Source: a virus. Taken from it: a stretch of 64,000 nt of DNA. Below the pieces are notes generated by a model. The model was given only the letters and a program-made list of their open reading frames with translations, ran no database searches and had not been told where the DNA came from. Within the stretch, counting starts at the first letter, position 1; every line of letters begins with the position of its first letter. The translations under genes were made by a program, and so were the position numbers. The DNA lies in the IMG/VR virus record IMGVR_UViG_3300045988_182866. One strand, 5' to 3'. Shown one piece after another: positions 45,210 through 56,147 of this stretch.

Positions 45210-46046
45210 ATGTTTAAATTTAAATGTAAGTTACCTTCCAAAAAGGTTGTTTATTGTGAAGAGATTACTAATGAAACTTATATTTCTCTTCACAAATATG
45301 TAATGAATAATGACCTTCTTGGATTTTATAAAGAATTAGATGGGCATATTGCAAAAACTGTACCTGAAATCTATTCCTTAAATTTATTAGATAAAGTTTA
45401 CATTTATTTGAGTATTCGAGCTTATTCTATTTCTGATGCTATTGAATTAAAAACAGATAATTTCTTCAATAAAGACTTATACAGTTTATTTGATACTTTA
45501 GATAATCTTCGAGAAACCTTTTTTGAACCTATTGAAACAATTATTGAAACCAAATCAGGGAATGCAAAATTTAAAATTAATTGTCCATTTCTATTTGAAG
45601 AAATAGATGATGAATTACTTCCTGATATTTTATCGGGAGTTAAAAATATTAATTTAAATTCACAAGAATTTTGTTTAAAAACTTCTAAAGATTTATTAGC
45701 TCTAAACTATCTTATTACTCCTGAAAATTATAATAAATTAAATGATTTAATTCTTCAGAAATACAATATTAATATTATTTTTGCTAAGGGTAAAATAGAA
45801 CTTCCTTTACTAAGCCATCTGACATATAGATTTATTGCTGAAAGCCTTTTCTTTAATGATTTAGACGGACTTTATACTCTTTCTTACTCTCTTTTAAGGC
45901 ATCTTAATTTATCTCTCTCGGATTTTAATAAAATGTCTCCCATTGAATCAACTATTTTTATGTCTAAGCTCATCAAAGAGAAAGAAGAAGAGAGAGAAGC
46001 TGAAGAAAAAAATAACTCAAATAATAAGAATGAGTTTATCTTTTAG
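45210..46046 (+). CDS. hypothetical tail/baseplate protein (by position)
   Basis: 278-aa ORF. Confidence 0.3.
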   Translation: MFKFKCKLPSKKVVYCEEITNETYISLHKYVMNNDLLGFYKELDGHIAKTVPEIYSLNLLDKVYIYLSIRAYSISDAIELKTDNFFNKDLYSLFDTLDNLRETFFEPIETIIETKSGNAKFKINCPFLFEEIDDELLPDILSGVKNINLNSQEFCLKTSKDLLALNYLITPENYNKLNDLILQKYNINIIFAKGKIELPLLSHLTYRFIAESLFFNDLDGLYTLSYSLLRHLNLSLSDFNKMSPIESTIFMSKLIKEKEEEREAEEKNNSNNKNEFIF

Positions 46047-46063
46047 CTGATTAATTAAATCAT

Positions 46064-46861
46064 ATGGCACAACATTTATCCACTTTATTCAGTTCTCTTG
46101 AAAATATTAAAAAGACTACTGAATTAGATGAAAAGTATAAAATTTCTGAACTTACTCTTGCTCAACAACGGGAATTAATTGTTTCCGTTTTTGACCCCTT
46201 TGAAACTCCGGCGAAACTTGGAATTGCCTTTAATAATATTATTAATTCCTGTGTTGAAACAACTGACGGAACTAATAAAGATATTACTATTGTTGAAAAA
46301 CCGATGCTTCTTCGTGCACTTCGGGATTTAACAATCGGAGATAAGTTTACCAAAAAGGTTATCGATGATGAAGGAAATGAAAAAACTGAAAATTATCAGT
46401 TCAATACTCTTAATCCTAAAGCTTTTCATAAAATTAAAAAAGAAAAAGAGATTCGTTTAGATGGAGTTATCAAAATTACTCTTTGTGCTCCGACTCTTTC
46501 CCGCGATACTGAAGTTAATAAAACTATTATTCAGAAAATCAACAATTATCGAAGAAATATTGAAAGCAGACGTCATCAGCCTGACCCGGGAGAGATTGCG
46601 GCTCAATATCTTATTTGTGAATTAACAAAGTATATTAAGTCTATTCAAATCAATGAAGAAATTTTTAACTTTACTGATTTAATTGTTGATGAACAAATTA
46701 AAGTAATCAATAGCCTTCCTCAGGAACATATTAATAAAATTACTGATTTTATTGAAGAAGTTAAAAAGGGTGAAGAATTAGCTTTTACTGCTACTAATTT
46801 AGAGACCGGAAAACAAGAGAAAATCAGTATTGAACATAATATTTTCTCGAAGGAGCTCTAA
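46064..46861 (+). CDS. hypothetical tail/baseplate protein (by position)
   Basis: 265-aa ORF. Confidence 0.3.
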   Translation: MAQHLSTLFSSLENIKKTTELDEKYKISELTLAQQRELIVSVFDPFETPAKLGIAFNNIINSCVETTDGTNKDITIVEKPMLLRALRDLTIGDKFTKKVIDDEGNEKTENYQFNTLNPKAFHKIKKEKEIRLDGVIKITLCAPTLSRDTEVNKTIIQKINNYRRNIESRRHQPDPGEIAAQYLICELTKYIKSIQINEEIFNFTDLIVDEQIKVINSLPQEHINKITDFIEEVKKGEELAFTATNLETGKQEKISIEHNIFSKEL

Positions 46862-46880
46862 GGTTTTCACCTTTAAATAA

Positions 46881-49109
46881 TTGCTAATACAGGCAATTAT
46901 CATGGCAGAAGCTCTTGAAATAAAACTTCCACAGTCTTTCTTTGATGCTCTTGAAGAAATTAAAGAAAGTTCTGAAGAAAGAAATGACAATAGAAGTGAT
47001 TCAGACTTTTATGCCAAAAATATTTTAAATGGTGGAAATATTCAAAAAGTTGCTCCAACTTTTACAAGTCAATTAGCTAAAGGTTATGAAGATATTGGTG
47101 CCGCTATTTTTAAAGGCGGTACTAAAATCTTTTTTGAATATTGGGATAAGATTAAAAAACAGGAGGAATATAAAAAAGTAGATAAATCTCCTGCAAAACA
47201 AATCAATCCCATCATCAATGTTAATCTTCCAAAGGAAAAAGTTCCTAAATTACCTCCGACTGGGTCATTGTCTGATCTTGCTCTTTTAGCCCTTTTATTA
47301 TTGGGATTAGCTGGAAGAACTGGTCCTCTTGGACAAATTGTTGAGTCTATTGCTTATCTCCCTGAAGCTTTAAGGGGATTAGTAGGAGCTAAATGGGTTA
47401 AAAGTATTATTGAAAAAATTAAAGAGCCTCTTAAAGCTTTTAAAAATGGCTTAAAAGCTATTCCTAAATTTTTTGAAAGTTTTGGTAAGTTAGGAAACTT
47501 TATTGGTAAAACTATTAGTAGGCTGGGTAAAATCACTGGAAATATTTTTTCATTATTGGGAAAAACCGGAATAGGTATTATTACTAAAACAGTTGGGCCC
47601 TTCTTAAAAAAGCTTCCTTTAATCGGAACAGTAATGTCATTATATCAGGCTTATCTTCGATATAATGAAGGAAACTATAGCCAGGCAATTATGGAATTAT
47701 TTGCCGGGATTTTACCATTCTTCGGACCGGTTGGTGCCGGGGTAGCAATAGGTATTAATGTACTTCAAATGCTTTGGGATGGTAATGTTGGGGGAAGCGG
47801 AGTTGCAAAAGCCGCATTAAAGGGTGGAGCAACACTTGCTCGGAATTTTATATCGATGTTTCCGAAAACCCTTGTCAAGCTATTAAAGCCAGTAAGTACC
47901 GCACTTAGAAGAATTCCAATTTTTGGTGGCTTAATAGGTCTTGGATTTGCTATTAATGATTTTAAAAATGGCAATAATTTATCCGGAGCATTAAATTTAG
48001 TCTCAGGTATTGCAACATTTCTTGACTTATTAATTCCTGGTTTGGGAACAGGTATTGCTATTGGAATAGATGCAATAAATTATTGGGTTAATAATACTGA
48101 AAGTGGTAAAAATTTTACCAATAATACTTCTGATTGGTTGGGAAAAGCCTGGACTTGGATGAAAGATCTTTCCAAATATATCTGGGATGGTATTTTAGCT
48201 GGCTATAAATGGCTCGAAGATATTTTAGGAAAAGCCTGGCAAGGTATTAAATCTTTCTTTAATGATATTATTAATTGGTATAAAGACGCATTTAAAATTA
48301 TCGGTAAGAAATTAGATGATACCTGGAATTTTATTTTAGGTTCCGTTAAAAAATCTATTTCTAATACTATTGATACTGTTAAAAGCGGATTTGATAGAAT
48401 AACTGAAACTTTTAATACTGTTAAAGGTTTTGTTAATGATAAAATTATTAAGCCGTTTAAATCTTTAGTAAATCATGTTCTTATTCCTGTTCTTAAACTT
48501 AAGGATAAGATTATGGGAACTAGTACAGCTGAAGAATATCAAAAAAGCTTAAATCAATTTTCTGCTGAAATTAAGTCTGTCTCTGATTTAGATACTCAAC
48601 AATTAAGAGCTTTGCAAATTGCTCGAGCCGAAGCTTTTAAAAAGTTTGGTACCGATTCGTTAAACGATTCTTCCAAGAAATATAAAGAAGCAATGGAGTA
48701 TATTAAAGCCAGACAGGCTGAGCTTAATAATACTTCTGCTGATAGTCTTAGTAAGATTCAATCTGATTTAGAAAAAAGTTCTACCACTACTGTTATTGAT
48801 AAACGCTTGGAAAAAGCTAATGTTAATACAAAGATTGAATTAGAAAATACCAAAACAACTTTAGATGCTCAAAAGATTTCTCTTCAAGAAGCTTTAAAGA
48901 AAAACAACCTGCAAACTAATAACATTGCTACTGACCAAGCTACATATATGAATAAACTTCTTTCGGGAATTGACCGTTTAATTGATACGGTCAAGGATAA
49001 ACCTGTTGCTTTTGCTAATCTTAATATGCCTCAGGTAAATGTTAATAATATAGGTAATGGAGGTTCTTATCAAGGAGCTTCCGATCCTAGATATGGATAT
49101 AGGTATTAA
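46881..49109 (+). CDS. tape-measure-like protein (Gly-rich hydrophobic segments + long C-terminal coiled coil)
   Basis: 742 aa (probable start at the ATG encoding MAEALEIK, nt 46902). Segments LALLALLLLGLAGRTGPLG, FFGPVGAGVAIGINV and GLIGLGFAINDF; alpha-helical C-terminal half. Confidence 0.4.
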   Translation: MLIQAIIMAEALEIKLPQSFFDALEEIKESSEERNDNRSDSDFYAKNILNGGNIQKVAPTFTSQLAKGYEDIGAAIFKGGTKIFFEYWDKIKKQEEYKKVDKSPAKQINPIINVNLPKEKVPKLPPTGSLSDLALLALLLLGLAGRTGPLGQIVESIAYLPEALRGLVGAKWVKSIIEKIKEPLKAFKNGLKAIPKFFESFGKLGNFIGKTISRLGKITGNIFSLLGKTGIGIITKTVGPFLKKLPLIGTVMSLYQAYLRYNEGNYSQAIMELFAGILPFFGPVGAGVAIGINVLQMLWDGNVGGSGVAKAALKGGATLARNFISMFPKTLVKLLKPVSTALRRIPIFGGLIGLGFAINDFKNGNNLSGALNLVSGIATFLDLLIPGLGTGIAIGIDAINYWVNNTESGKNFTNNTSDWLGKAWTWMKDLSKYIWDGILAGYKWLEDILGKAWQGIKSFFNDIINWYKDAFKIIGKKLDDTWNFILGSVKKSISNTIDTVKSGFDRITETFNTVKGFVNDKIIKPFKSLVNHVLIPVLKLKDKIMGTSTAEEYQKSLNQFSAEIKSVSDLDTQQLRALQIARAEAFKKFGTDSLNDSSKKYKEAMEYIKARQAELNNTSADSLSKIQSDLEKSSTTTVIDKRLEKANVNTKIELENTKTTLDAQKISLQEALKKNNLQTNNIATDQATYMNKLLSGIDRLIDTVKDKPVAFANLNMPQVNVNNIGNGGSYQGASDPRYGYRY

Positions 49110-49111
49110 TT

Positions 49112-50344
49112 ATGGCCCTTACACCTCAAGAAGAAGCTGGAATTCGTAAAAGAGCTGCCATTGCAGTAGCCGAGGCAGAAGCAGCAAAAGAAAAAGCAGC
49201 TAAGTCAAAAACTCAGGCTGCTGCAAATACTATCCCAAAAACATCTAATGGGGTACAAGAAAAAAATTCAGCTCGGTATTCTCAAATGGAGAATACTTAT
49301 AATGAACTTCTTTCAAATGTTACTTCTGATGTTAAAAATGATATTAAGAATGGAGATATTGTTAATATTTTAAAGGATTATGACTGGATTGTCAATAAGG
49401 CAAAAACAGAAGATCTTTTACCGTGTGCCTATGTTAGAGAATTTCGCCAAAATGTCTCTACATTTGCAATGTCCATGAAATGGCTGCTAAACAATGTTTC
49501 AACAGGATTTATTGATACTTTTGCTAAAGTTGTCGGGCAATTTAGCGAAGCTGGAGGAGAAGCTTTAAAAAAAATAGGAAATAGTTTAGGAGATGCTGTA
49601 TCAAATGCAACTTCCAGTACAAATATCTATAATACTATTGTTACAGGAAATAATCATCTGAGTCCATATGAAAATATGTATTCGTATGATACTACTAATT
49701 GTTTAAAATATGTATTTCCATATTTTGATAATGATTATATCAGTCTTTCTAATTCATTTTCTGATTCTCCTCAAACTAGATCATGGTTTCAGACATCTTT
49801 AGCAAATAACCTTGATGTTATTGCTGGTATTTCTGGTAATCTGCAAGGAGCTTCTAATGTCGGTGATATGATCGGTAATATGCTCAATAAAGATAATAGC
49901 TTTACTTGGTCAAATGACGGAATTTATCTTGAAAAACCAAAATATTTCCAATATGAAAGCTCTCAGGATGCAGTAGCTATTAATTTTATTCTTTATAATA
50001 CGGTTAATCATGGAGGTTTAGAAGATACTGCTTGGAAGAAAAATTATCGATTTATCAAGAATATTGCTCTTAAAAATCTTCCATACAGGTTAGATGCTTT
50101 CAAATATAAAACTCCAGCTCTCTATGAAGTGTCAGTTCCGGGAACAAAATATTTCCCAGTCTCTTTTGTCTCTAAATTAGAAGTTAAAAATTTAGGTACA
50201 AGAAGATTTCTCCAATATAAAACTAATCAAAAAGTATTAGTTCCGGACGCCTGGCAAATAACTATTGTTTTTCAATCATTATTGTATAAATCAGCTAACC
50301 TTTATGCAACAGCATTAGAAAAAGGTCCAACTATCATAAAGTAA
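49112..50344 (+). CDS. hypothetical baseplate/tail protein (by position)
   Basis: 410-aa ORF; stop/start coupled to the tape-measure-like gene. Confidence 0.3.
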   Translation: MALTPQEEAGIRKRAAIAVAEAEAAKEKAAKSKTQAAANTIPKTSNGVQEKNSARYSQMENTYNELLSNVTSDVKNDIKNGDIVNILKDYDWIVNKAKTEDLLPCAYVREFRQNVSTFAMSMKWLLNNVSTGFIDTFAKVVGQFSEAGGEALKKIGNSLGDAVSNATSSTNIYNTIVTGNNHLSPYENMYSYDTTNCLKYVFPYFDNDYISLSNSFSDSPQTRSWFQTSLANNLDVIAGISGNLQGASNVGDMIGNMLNKDNSFTWSNDGIYLEKPKYFQYESSQDAVAINFILYNTVNHGGLEDTAWKKNYRFIKNIALKNLPYRLDAFKYKTPALYEVSVPGTKYFPVSFVSKLEVKNLGTRRFLQYKTNQKVLVPDAWQITIVFQSLLYKSANLYATALEKGPTIIK

Positions 50345-50347
50345 ACC

Positions 50348-50659
50348 ATGTTATATTCTTCAATTTTTAATACATATTATACTCAGGATAATGTACCTTT
50401 TTATAATATTCTGAAGAAAATTCAGTTGCCAGAAGATAAGACAAGTGAATTATATACAACATATATTGTTCCTTACAGCATGCCCTGGACAACATTAAGT
50501 TATCTAATCTATGGCGATTTAACTTATTATTGGTTAATTTTATTGGCAAATACTAATAAAAAGTTAAATCCAATGTATGCCAGTGTAAGCGATAAGATTT
50601 TTATTGTTAAACCCGAATATCTGTCAATGGTTGTTGAAGCTATTGAAAATGAACCATGA
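50348..50659 (+). CDS. gp53-like baseplate wedge protein with LysM-like fold
   Basis: 103 aa. YIVPYSMPWTTLSYLIYGDLTYYWLILLANTNKKLNPMY parallels T4 gp53 YYIKGSPRPEELANAIYGNPQLYWVLLMCNDNYDPYY. Confidence 0.5.
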   Translation: MLYSSIFNTYYTQDNVPFYNILKKIQLPEDKTSELYTTYIVPYSMPWTTLSYLIYGDLTYYWLILLANTNKKLNPMYASVSDKIFIVKPEYLSMVVEAIENEP

Positions 50660-52254
50660 GAATTATTAAGTCAAATCCTAATATTATAGAAAATATTGAA
50701 ATTCAGACCATTAACGGGGCTGATTACAGGATTGGTTTATTCTTTGAGTCGAAAGATGATAAAAATGCTTTTATGGTAATTCCATGGGGGATTATTAATA
50801 GTTTTACCTATGCAGATGATATTCGTAATGTCGGATTAACTGGAGAAATTATTCTTGATAACATTTCTAATGTTTTTGATCCAATTCTTAATAATACTAA
50901 TAAATTTTATTTGGGATTTTATTCTTATAATACCTATACAAATTATGAAGAAAATGTTTATTTTAGCATTTTCTCTTCATCAATGATTGGCAATAAAACA
51001 TCTTCTACTTCTTCTATCTATTCTTTAAAAATTGAAGAAGCTTTTATGGTAGAAGGAGCTAATAGAAATCTTAGTACTTTAAGTTTGGCTAATGGAGGGT
51101 CAAATCTTACGACAACTCCCGCTCCTATTAGAACTACTGATAATCTTCAAATTACTACGCCGGTTCCTAAAGCTGAAATAACATCTACCACTCTTGAAGA
51201 TTTAATTGAATTTGCTTATGACTTTTTGTTATTAGATTTAAAAATTGCAGAAAGCGGAGAATCTACAAATAGTTTATATACGGTTGCATCTAAATCAACT
51301 CCCAGAATTATTGATGTAGATAAACATTCATTTGAATATTTTAAATCTAATTGTCCTTCTGGACAAATTGGAGAAGCGATTTATAAAAATATTGATGATA
51401 CTACATCTGTTACAATACTGCTTAATACTATTAACAAGAACGTTTACTTTCCAAAAGCTATTGAGCATGATGGAGGAAAAACTACCAAAGTAGACCTGTT
51501 AATTGGAGATGTCGGTACAGCTCGTTCTGAAAATTTATCTTTTATTAAAACAAATAATAAAAACATTTATAAAAATGATGTTTTGTTTGGAGAACGAAAA
51601 ATAACTATTCGTAATATTAAAGATACTTTTACCGCCTGTTTTCAGGATAATCAAATTTATGAAGCAATAATTAACCAGACAGATAGGACCGTTCCAAATG
51701 ATATTGCAAAACCTGCTTTCTATAGTCCGTCATTTATCTATAATGTTCAGACATTTCCGGTCACTACCATTTTGATTAATAATGAATGGTGTGATTGTGT
51801 AGTGGCTCCAATTAACCAACCTGATACGTTTTCAACTACCCTTTATAAGTTTAATGATCTGGTTGAAACATTTGAGAAGGAATATCTCCATCAAAAAACA
51901 AAATCTAATATTTCTATTTCAACTGCCGAAAGTCGGGGAATTACTAGAAAAGTACCTCCCTTTAATGATAATAATGTAAATTTTGCAGTATCAGCAAGAC
52001 TCATTAGAACAATGTTTACAATGAATAAGTCTATTCAATTATCATTACCGGGCAATTCATATCGAAAGGCAAATGAAATCATTTATGTCGATAAAAATTT
52101 AGTTTCAGCAAATAATGATAAAAATGGTACGCAAACAATTTTTTCTAATTTAATTGAGAGTAACTATTATTTTGTTACTCGAGTTGTTCATACCTTTAAA
52201 GGCCAACAATATAGTAATGAACTATTTCTAAGCTCTTTCTGTAATCCTCTATAA
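50656..52254 (+). CDS. hypothetical baseplate protein (hub candidate by synteny after the gp53-like gene)
   Basis: 532-aa ORF overlapping the upstream stop by 4 nt. Confidence 0.3.
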   Translation: MRIIKSNPNIIENIEIQTINGADYRIGLFFESKDDKNAFMVIPWGIINSFTYADDIRNVGLTGEIILDNISNVFDPILNNTNKFYLGFYSYNTYTNYEENVYFSIFSSSMIGNKTSSTSSIYSLKIEEAFMVEGANRNLSTLSLANGGSNLTTTPAPIRTTDNLQITTPVPKAEITSTTLEDLIEFAYDFLLLDLKIAESGESTNSLYTVASKSTPRIIDVDKHSFEYFKSNCPSGQIGEAIYKNIDDTTSVTILLNTINKNVYFPKAIEHDGGKTTKVDLLIGDVGTARSENLSFIKTNNKNIYKNDVLFGERKITIRNIKDTFTACFQDNQIYEAIINQTDRTVPNDIAKPAFYSPSFIYNVQTFPVTTILINNEWCDCVVAPINQPDTFSTTLYKFNDLVETFEKEYLHQKTKSNISISTAESRGITRKVPPFNDNNVNFAVSARLIRTMFTMNKSIQLSLPGNSYRKANEIIYVDKNLVSANNDKNGTQTIFSNLIESNYYFVTRVVHTFKGQQYSNELFLSSFCNPL

Positions 52255-52260
52255 AGCAAC

Positions 52261-53931
52261 ATGTTCATTTATAAGCTAAATTCAATCGAAAAATTATTAA
52301 CCGTAGCTAAAAATCGGGAATATGTACAAAATAATCCTGAACTTTGTAAGCTGCTTGAAAATCCTTTAATTAAGGATGATACTGAATTAGCTATTCATTA
52401 TAATGAATATAAGTTGAATTATCCTAATTCAGCTAAAAAGTTTGTAGATTATTTTTATATGCACGGGCCTGAACTTGATGTTGGGTCCTTGGATGAATGG
52501 CGTACCATTATTCAAAATGATCCTGAACTTTTAGAGGAAGCAAATAAGAATGATTGTCGAATTGACGAGATTTGGGCTGAAAAACAAGCAGATAAAGAAA
52601 AGAATTATTCTTGGTCAACATTAGCAGATTTATATGACTGCTTATCTAAGCCATGTCAATATACTAATATGATTTCTCCTTCTATTGGTACAATTGGAGA
52701 TAATCAGCCAAAATATAATCTTAAAAATACAAGTGGTTCTGATGAAGCAACTACTTTATTAGGTATTCCGGCATATATGATTAATAAAATGCCCCGGTAT
52801 TTGCTTCAAGGTATTACCCAGTTAACTGACATGATTTCTTTGCAGTCTTCTGATATTTTTAATAAGATATTAGGCAGTAAAAAAGCTGTTAAAGAGGACC
52901 CATATATTCTTAAAGATGTTGAAACTATTGGAGGAGACGTACTTGGTACTATTGCTTCAAGGATGGGTGATTGCTTCCGTCTTTATGAATATAAAAGACG
53001 TTATAACCCATATGATTATGAACAAAATATGACCAGATCTGACCGATTTGGTACAGTAGTTTATGATGAGAATGGTAATCCCCATGTAAAAACACCAAAT
53101 GGCAATAGTATGGAAAGTAAAACTGCCATTTTCTCGGATAATAGTCGTCTTAATCCAAATGTGAGCATAAACGATATTCGATTAAAAAATATTGGAGAAG
53201 TATCTCAGGATAATACTCTTCCAATAAAAATTACTGCTTATAATCCTATCTTTCTTCCGGACGGGCGTTATTATATTGATGCTAATACTTCTAATTATGA
53301 TAATGTTGGAATAGTCAGTGGAACTAATGAATCTGGAGTACGTCTTTTGCCGAATAGTGCATCTGGTATTGAACAATTGTCTAAAGAAAATAAAATACTT
53401 CACGTCGGGTGTGCAACGCGTCCTAGAGATGTGATAAAATATTATCAGGCTTTTCTTATTAAAAATTATCCAAATCTTTCTCTTCCAAAGAACTTCTCAA
53501 CATTAGTATCAAGAGCAATCAAATATTCTGATTTAAATGTTGTTCTTTTCTTCCCTAATGGACAACGTGTACTTCCAGTTTTTGATACTGGTGGTGGCCA
53601 ACCTGAATCTCCTTGGATTGATATAACTGCCCAATATTTCTTTACTAAAGAAGGATGGGGGTTAGCTACACTCTATGATTCTTCCGGTAAAGCTATAACA
53701 AGCGATGCCAATAATCCGATGCCAGAATTATTGGCATCTTCTGAACTTTCTAAAGCTAAGATTCAGCCTTATAAAATTAAGGCAATGAAGATTAACGGTG
53801 CTCCTAATAATAATGGGATAATTAACGGAAAATATTTCTTTTCTGAAAGTTTCTGCCAAACTAATGGATTAGATCCTCAAGTATATGCTCAAGTTGATCA
53901 GGGAGCTCGCTTGGCTGGACTTCAAACTTAA
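52261..53931 (+). CDS. hypothetical structural protein
   Basis: 556-aa ORF. Confidence 0.3.
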   Translation: MFIYKLNSIEKLLTVAKNREYVQNNPELCKLLENPLIKDDTELAIHYNEYKLNYPNSAKKFVDYFYMHGPELDVGSLDEWRTIIQNDPELLEEANKNDCRIDEIWAEKQADKEKNYSWSTLADLYDCLSKPCQYTNMISPSIGTIGDNQPKYNLKNTSGSDEATTLLGIPAYMINKMPRYLLQGITQLTDMISLQSSDIFNKILGSKKAVKEDPYILKDVETIGGDVLGTIASRMGDCFRLYEYKRRYNPYDYEQNMTRSDRFGTVVYDENGNPHVKTPNGNSMESKTAIFSDNSRLNPNVSINDIRLKNIGEVSQDNTLPIKITAYNPIFLPDGRYYIDANTSNYDNVGIVSGTNESGVRLLPNSASGIEQLSKENKILHVGCATRPRDVIKYYQAFLIKNYPNLSLPKNFSTLVSRAIKYSDLNVVLFFPNGQRVLPVFDTGGGQPESPWIDITAQYFFTKEGWGLATLYDSSGKAITSDANNPMPELLASSELSKAKIQPYKIKAMKINGAPNNNGIINGKYFFSESFCQTNGLDPQVYAQVDQGARLAGLQT

Positions 53932-53967
53932 TATAGTCATCTATTATCAAATTAAAAAGAGGAAAAT

Positions 53968-54465
53968 TTATTCATCTTCCTCTTTTTCTTCATTTTCAGG
54001 AGTTACTGTCCTTATTTCAGGAATAATATCATCGTCCAATAACTTCATAACTTCTTCTCGTGTCATTGGGGGACGAGTCATAGACATATTAATCTGTTGA
54101 AGCTTAGCCGCCTGTTTAAATTCTTCAAGTTCTTTTGCTTGTTTTAATTTTTCATTATTAAGAAAGATCTTTGTTAAATTTTCTACTGCTTTAGTCTTAG
54201 AACCAATCATTTCTGCAACAGATGTAATTAATTCTGCATCGGGAGTAGATCTAATTTGCTGCAGTAAAACATTAATAATATCTTGAGTAGTAGATACAGT
54301 TTCTACACCACTTTTAATAATGTAATCTTCCAATTGTTCCCTATCTAAATGTTCAATTTCTTGATTTTCAATTTTAGCTGGAACTAAACTAGGTTGAGCT
54401 GATTCTTTGGATAATTCATCCAGAATCATTTGTAAAGAATCATCAGCATAATCTTGATTTAACAT
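53968..54465 (-). CDS. hypothetical protein with acidic C-terminal tail
   Basis: 165 aa; ends ...TPENEEKEEDE; divergent from the clamp-loader gene. Confidence 0.35.
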   Translation of the reverse strand: MLNQDYADDSLQMILDELSKESAQPSLVPAKIENQEIEHLDREQLEDYIIKSGVETVSTTQDIINVLLQQIRSTPDAELITSVAEMIGSKTKAVENLTKIFLNNEKLKQAKELEEFKQAAKLQQINMSMTRPPMTREEVMKLLDDDIIPEIRTVTPENEEKEEDE

Positions 54466-54540
54466 TATTGATAGTTAATAGTGCACCTTTTAAAATTAAG
54501 AAATTAATTACAAATCTATTAAAAGAATATATTATAAATT

Positions 54541-55500
54541 ATGGAGGATATAGATTATACTGATGATATTTTTGACAATCTTTGGATTAAAAAATATGCG
54601 CCAAAAAGTATTAGTGAAATGGTTCTTTCTGAAGAAAATAGAACCAAGGTAGAGGGATATATTAGAGATAATGATATTCCTTCATTATTATTTTGCGGTA
54701 AACCTGGTCAAGGTAAGACTACTTTAGCCACTCTTCTTTGTAAAGAAATTGATGCAACTACATTAATGATTAATGCCAGTTTTGATAATGGTATTGATGT
54801 AATTCGCGGACGAATTAATAATTTTGTCCAAACAATGTCACCAACTGGCTCATTAAAGGTTGTTATTCTCGATGAAGCTGATCGTTTGTCTCCTTCTTCC
54901 CAAGATGCCCTTAGGGGAATGATTGAAGATAATGCGGAACATACTCGTTTTATTTTAACTGCAAACGAACAGGCGAGAATTTCTGATGCTTTGCAATCTC
55001 GTTGTATTTCTTTGAATATTACTCCTCCGAAAGCAGGATTTGCACAATATGTGATGGGAATCCTTAAAAAAGAACGAGTAGTCGTCCCTAAAGAACATTT
55101 TTCTGGATTAAAAACTGTTTTAGAGCAGTATTATCCAGATCTTCGTAAAACAATTGGTATTATTCAATCTAATATTACCAATAATACTCTTATCATTGAA
55201 AACAAACTTATCAATAATGAATTCATTAAAAGCATTTATGAAAAGTTTGATGAAATGAATCCTATCGATCTTCGTGAAGTATGGATAAAATCTGAAAATG
55301 AATTTCAAGGAGATTATGTTTATCTTCTTAAAAGCTTCCATGAATTTATCTATAAAAAAGATGATATTAGTCCGAATGAACGAGCTAATATCATCTTAGA
55401 GATTGCGAACGGTCTGCGAGATAGTGTGTTTGTAATAGATCAGGAGATTAACTTTTATGCAACCATTCTCAGAATTTTAAAGCAACTTGGAAAGTTTTAA
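54541..55500 (+). CDS. clamp loader large subunit (gp44-like / RFC small-subunit-like AAA+ ATPase)
   Basis: 319 aa. WIKKYAPKSISEMV; Walker A LLFCGKPGQGKTTLA; Walker B VVILDEADRL; SRC-like LQSRC. Confidence 0.8.
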   Translation: MEDIDYTDDIFDNLWIKKYAPKSISEMVLSEENRTKVEGYIRDNDIPSLLFCGKPGQGKTTLATLLCKEIDATTLMINASFDNGIDVIRGRINNFVQTMSPTGSLKVVILDEADRLSPSSQDALRGMIEDNAEHTRFILTANEQARISDALQSRCISLNITPPKAGFAQYVMGILKKERVVVPKEHFSGLKTVLEQYYPDLRKTIGIIQSNITNNTLIIENKLINNEFIKSIYEKFDEMNPIDLREVWIKSENEFQGDYVYLLKSFHEFIYKKDDISPNERANIILEIANGLRDSVFVIDQEINFYATILRILKQLGKF

Positions 55501-56120
55501 GCTTTAGCTTTTGTATCTACTTTGCCTCTAAGCTCCATCTTAGATTTGATAGCCTTTTTAGGATCAATCTCAGTTGGAGCTTTTTCATTTCCTAATTTAT
55601 TATCTTTGACAGGCATTTTATGAACAGGCTGCTTAGTAGGAACTGCCTTTACATCTTCGCCTTCTTCATCTTCAGTATCTACTACTTCATGAACGTCAGG
55701 TTCATTAGAATAGGTAAATTTACGATTTGCTGGAATAGTATCAGGAAGATTAATACCGTCATTATTAATTCGTTCAATTTCCTTAATCATTGGGCCTGGG
55801 AGAGTAAGAACAGTCAAATAACGGCCTCCCCCTCCGTCTAAGCCAATATCAAAAGACATCGGAATAGCTTCTGGAGATCCTTGTATAAATGGAGTTTGAT
55901 TAATAGAAACAATTTTAACTATAGCATCTCCATTTCTTTGTTGATTAATAATATCCTGAAGAATTTCCTTTTCAGTTACAGGAAGATTCTTAAAAATTTC
56001 ACTTTTTTCAATCGAATCTAAGAATCTGATTTGATCACCAACTAAGAAGCTACCTAAGCGGTAACGAGTCATTAACGATTCAAATAGAACATCTAGTTTA
56101 GAGTCTTTAAGCATAAGCAT
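55497..56120 (-). CDS. hypothetical protein
   Basis: 207-aa ORF with an acidic patch and basic C-terminus, between the clamp-loader and gp25-like genes. Confidence 0.3.
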   Translation of the reverse strand: MLMLKDSKLDVLFESLMTRYRLGSFLVGDQIRFLDSIEKSEIFKNLPVTEKEILQDIINQQRNGDAIVKIVSINQTPFIQGSPEAIPMSFDIGLDGGGGRYLTVLTLPGPMIKEIERINNDGINLPDTIPANRKFTYSNEPDVHEVVDTEDEEGEDVKAVPTKQPVHKMPVKDNKLGNEKAPTEIDPKKAIKSKMELRGKVDTKAKA

Positions 56121-56147
56121 ATTTAATGTCCATTAAATAAATGAGAC

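Noticed and set aside
54519-54533. T4-type late promoter TATAAATA upstream of structural or replication genes
   Set aside because: I found only one-off matches (e.g., TATAAATT at 54526..54533; other starts such as 40403..40420 and 56125..56147 give nothing closer) with inconsistent spacing. There is no convincing exact-consensus set, so I did not call promoters on this basis.
55497-56120. Assigning 55497..56120 as the gp62 small clamp-loader subunit, or as T4 gp53, because of adjacency to gp44-like and gp25-like genes
   Set aside because: It is on the opposite strand from gp44, and its sequence shows no resemblance to gp62 or gp53 as I recall them. I left it hypothetical.
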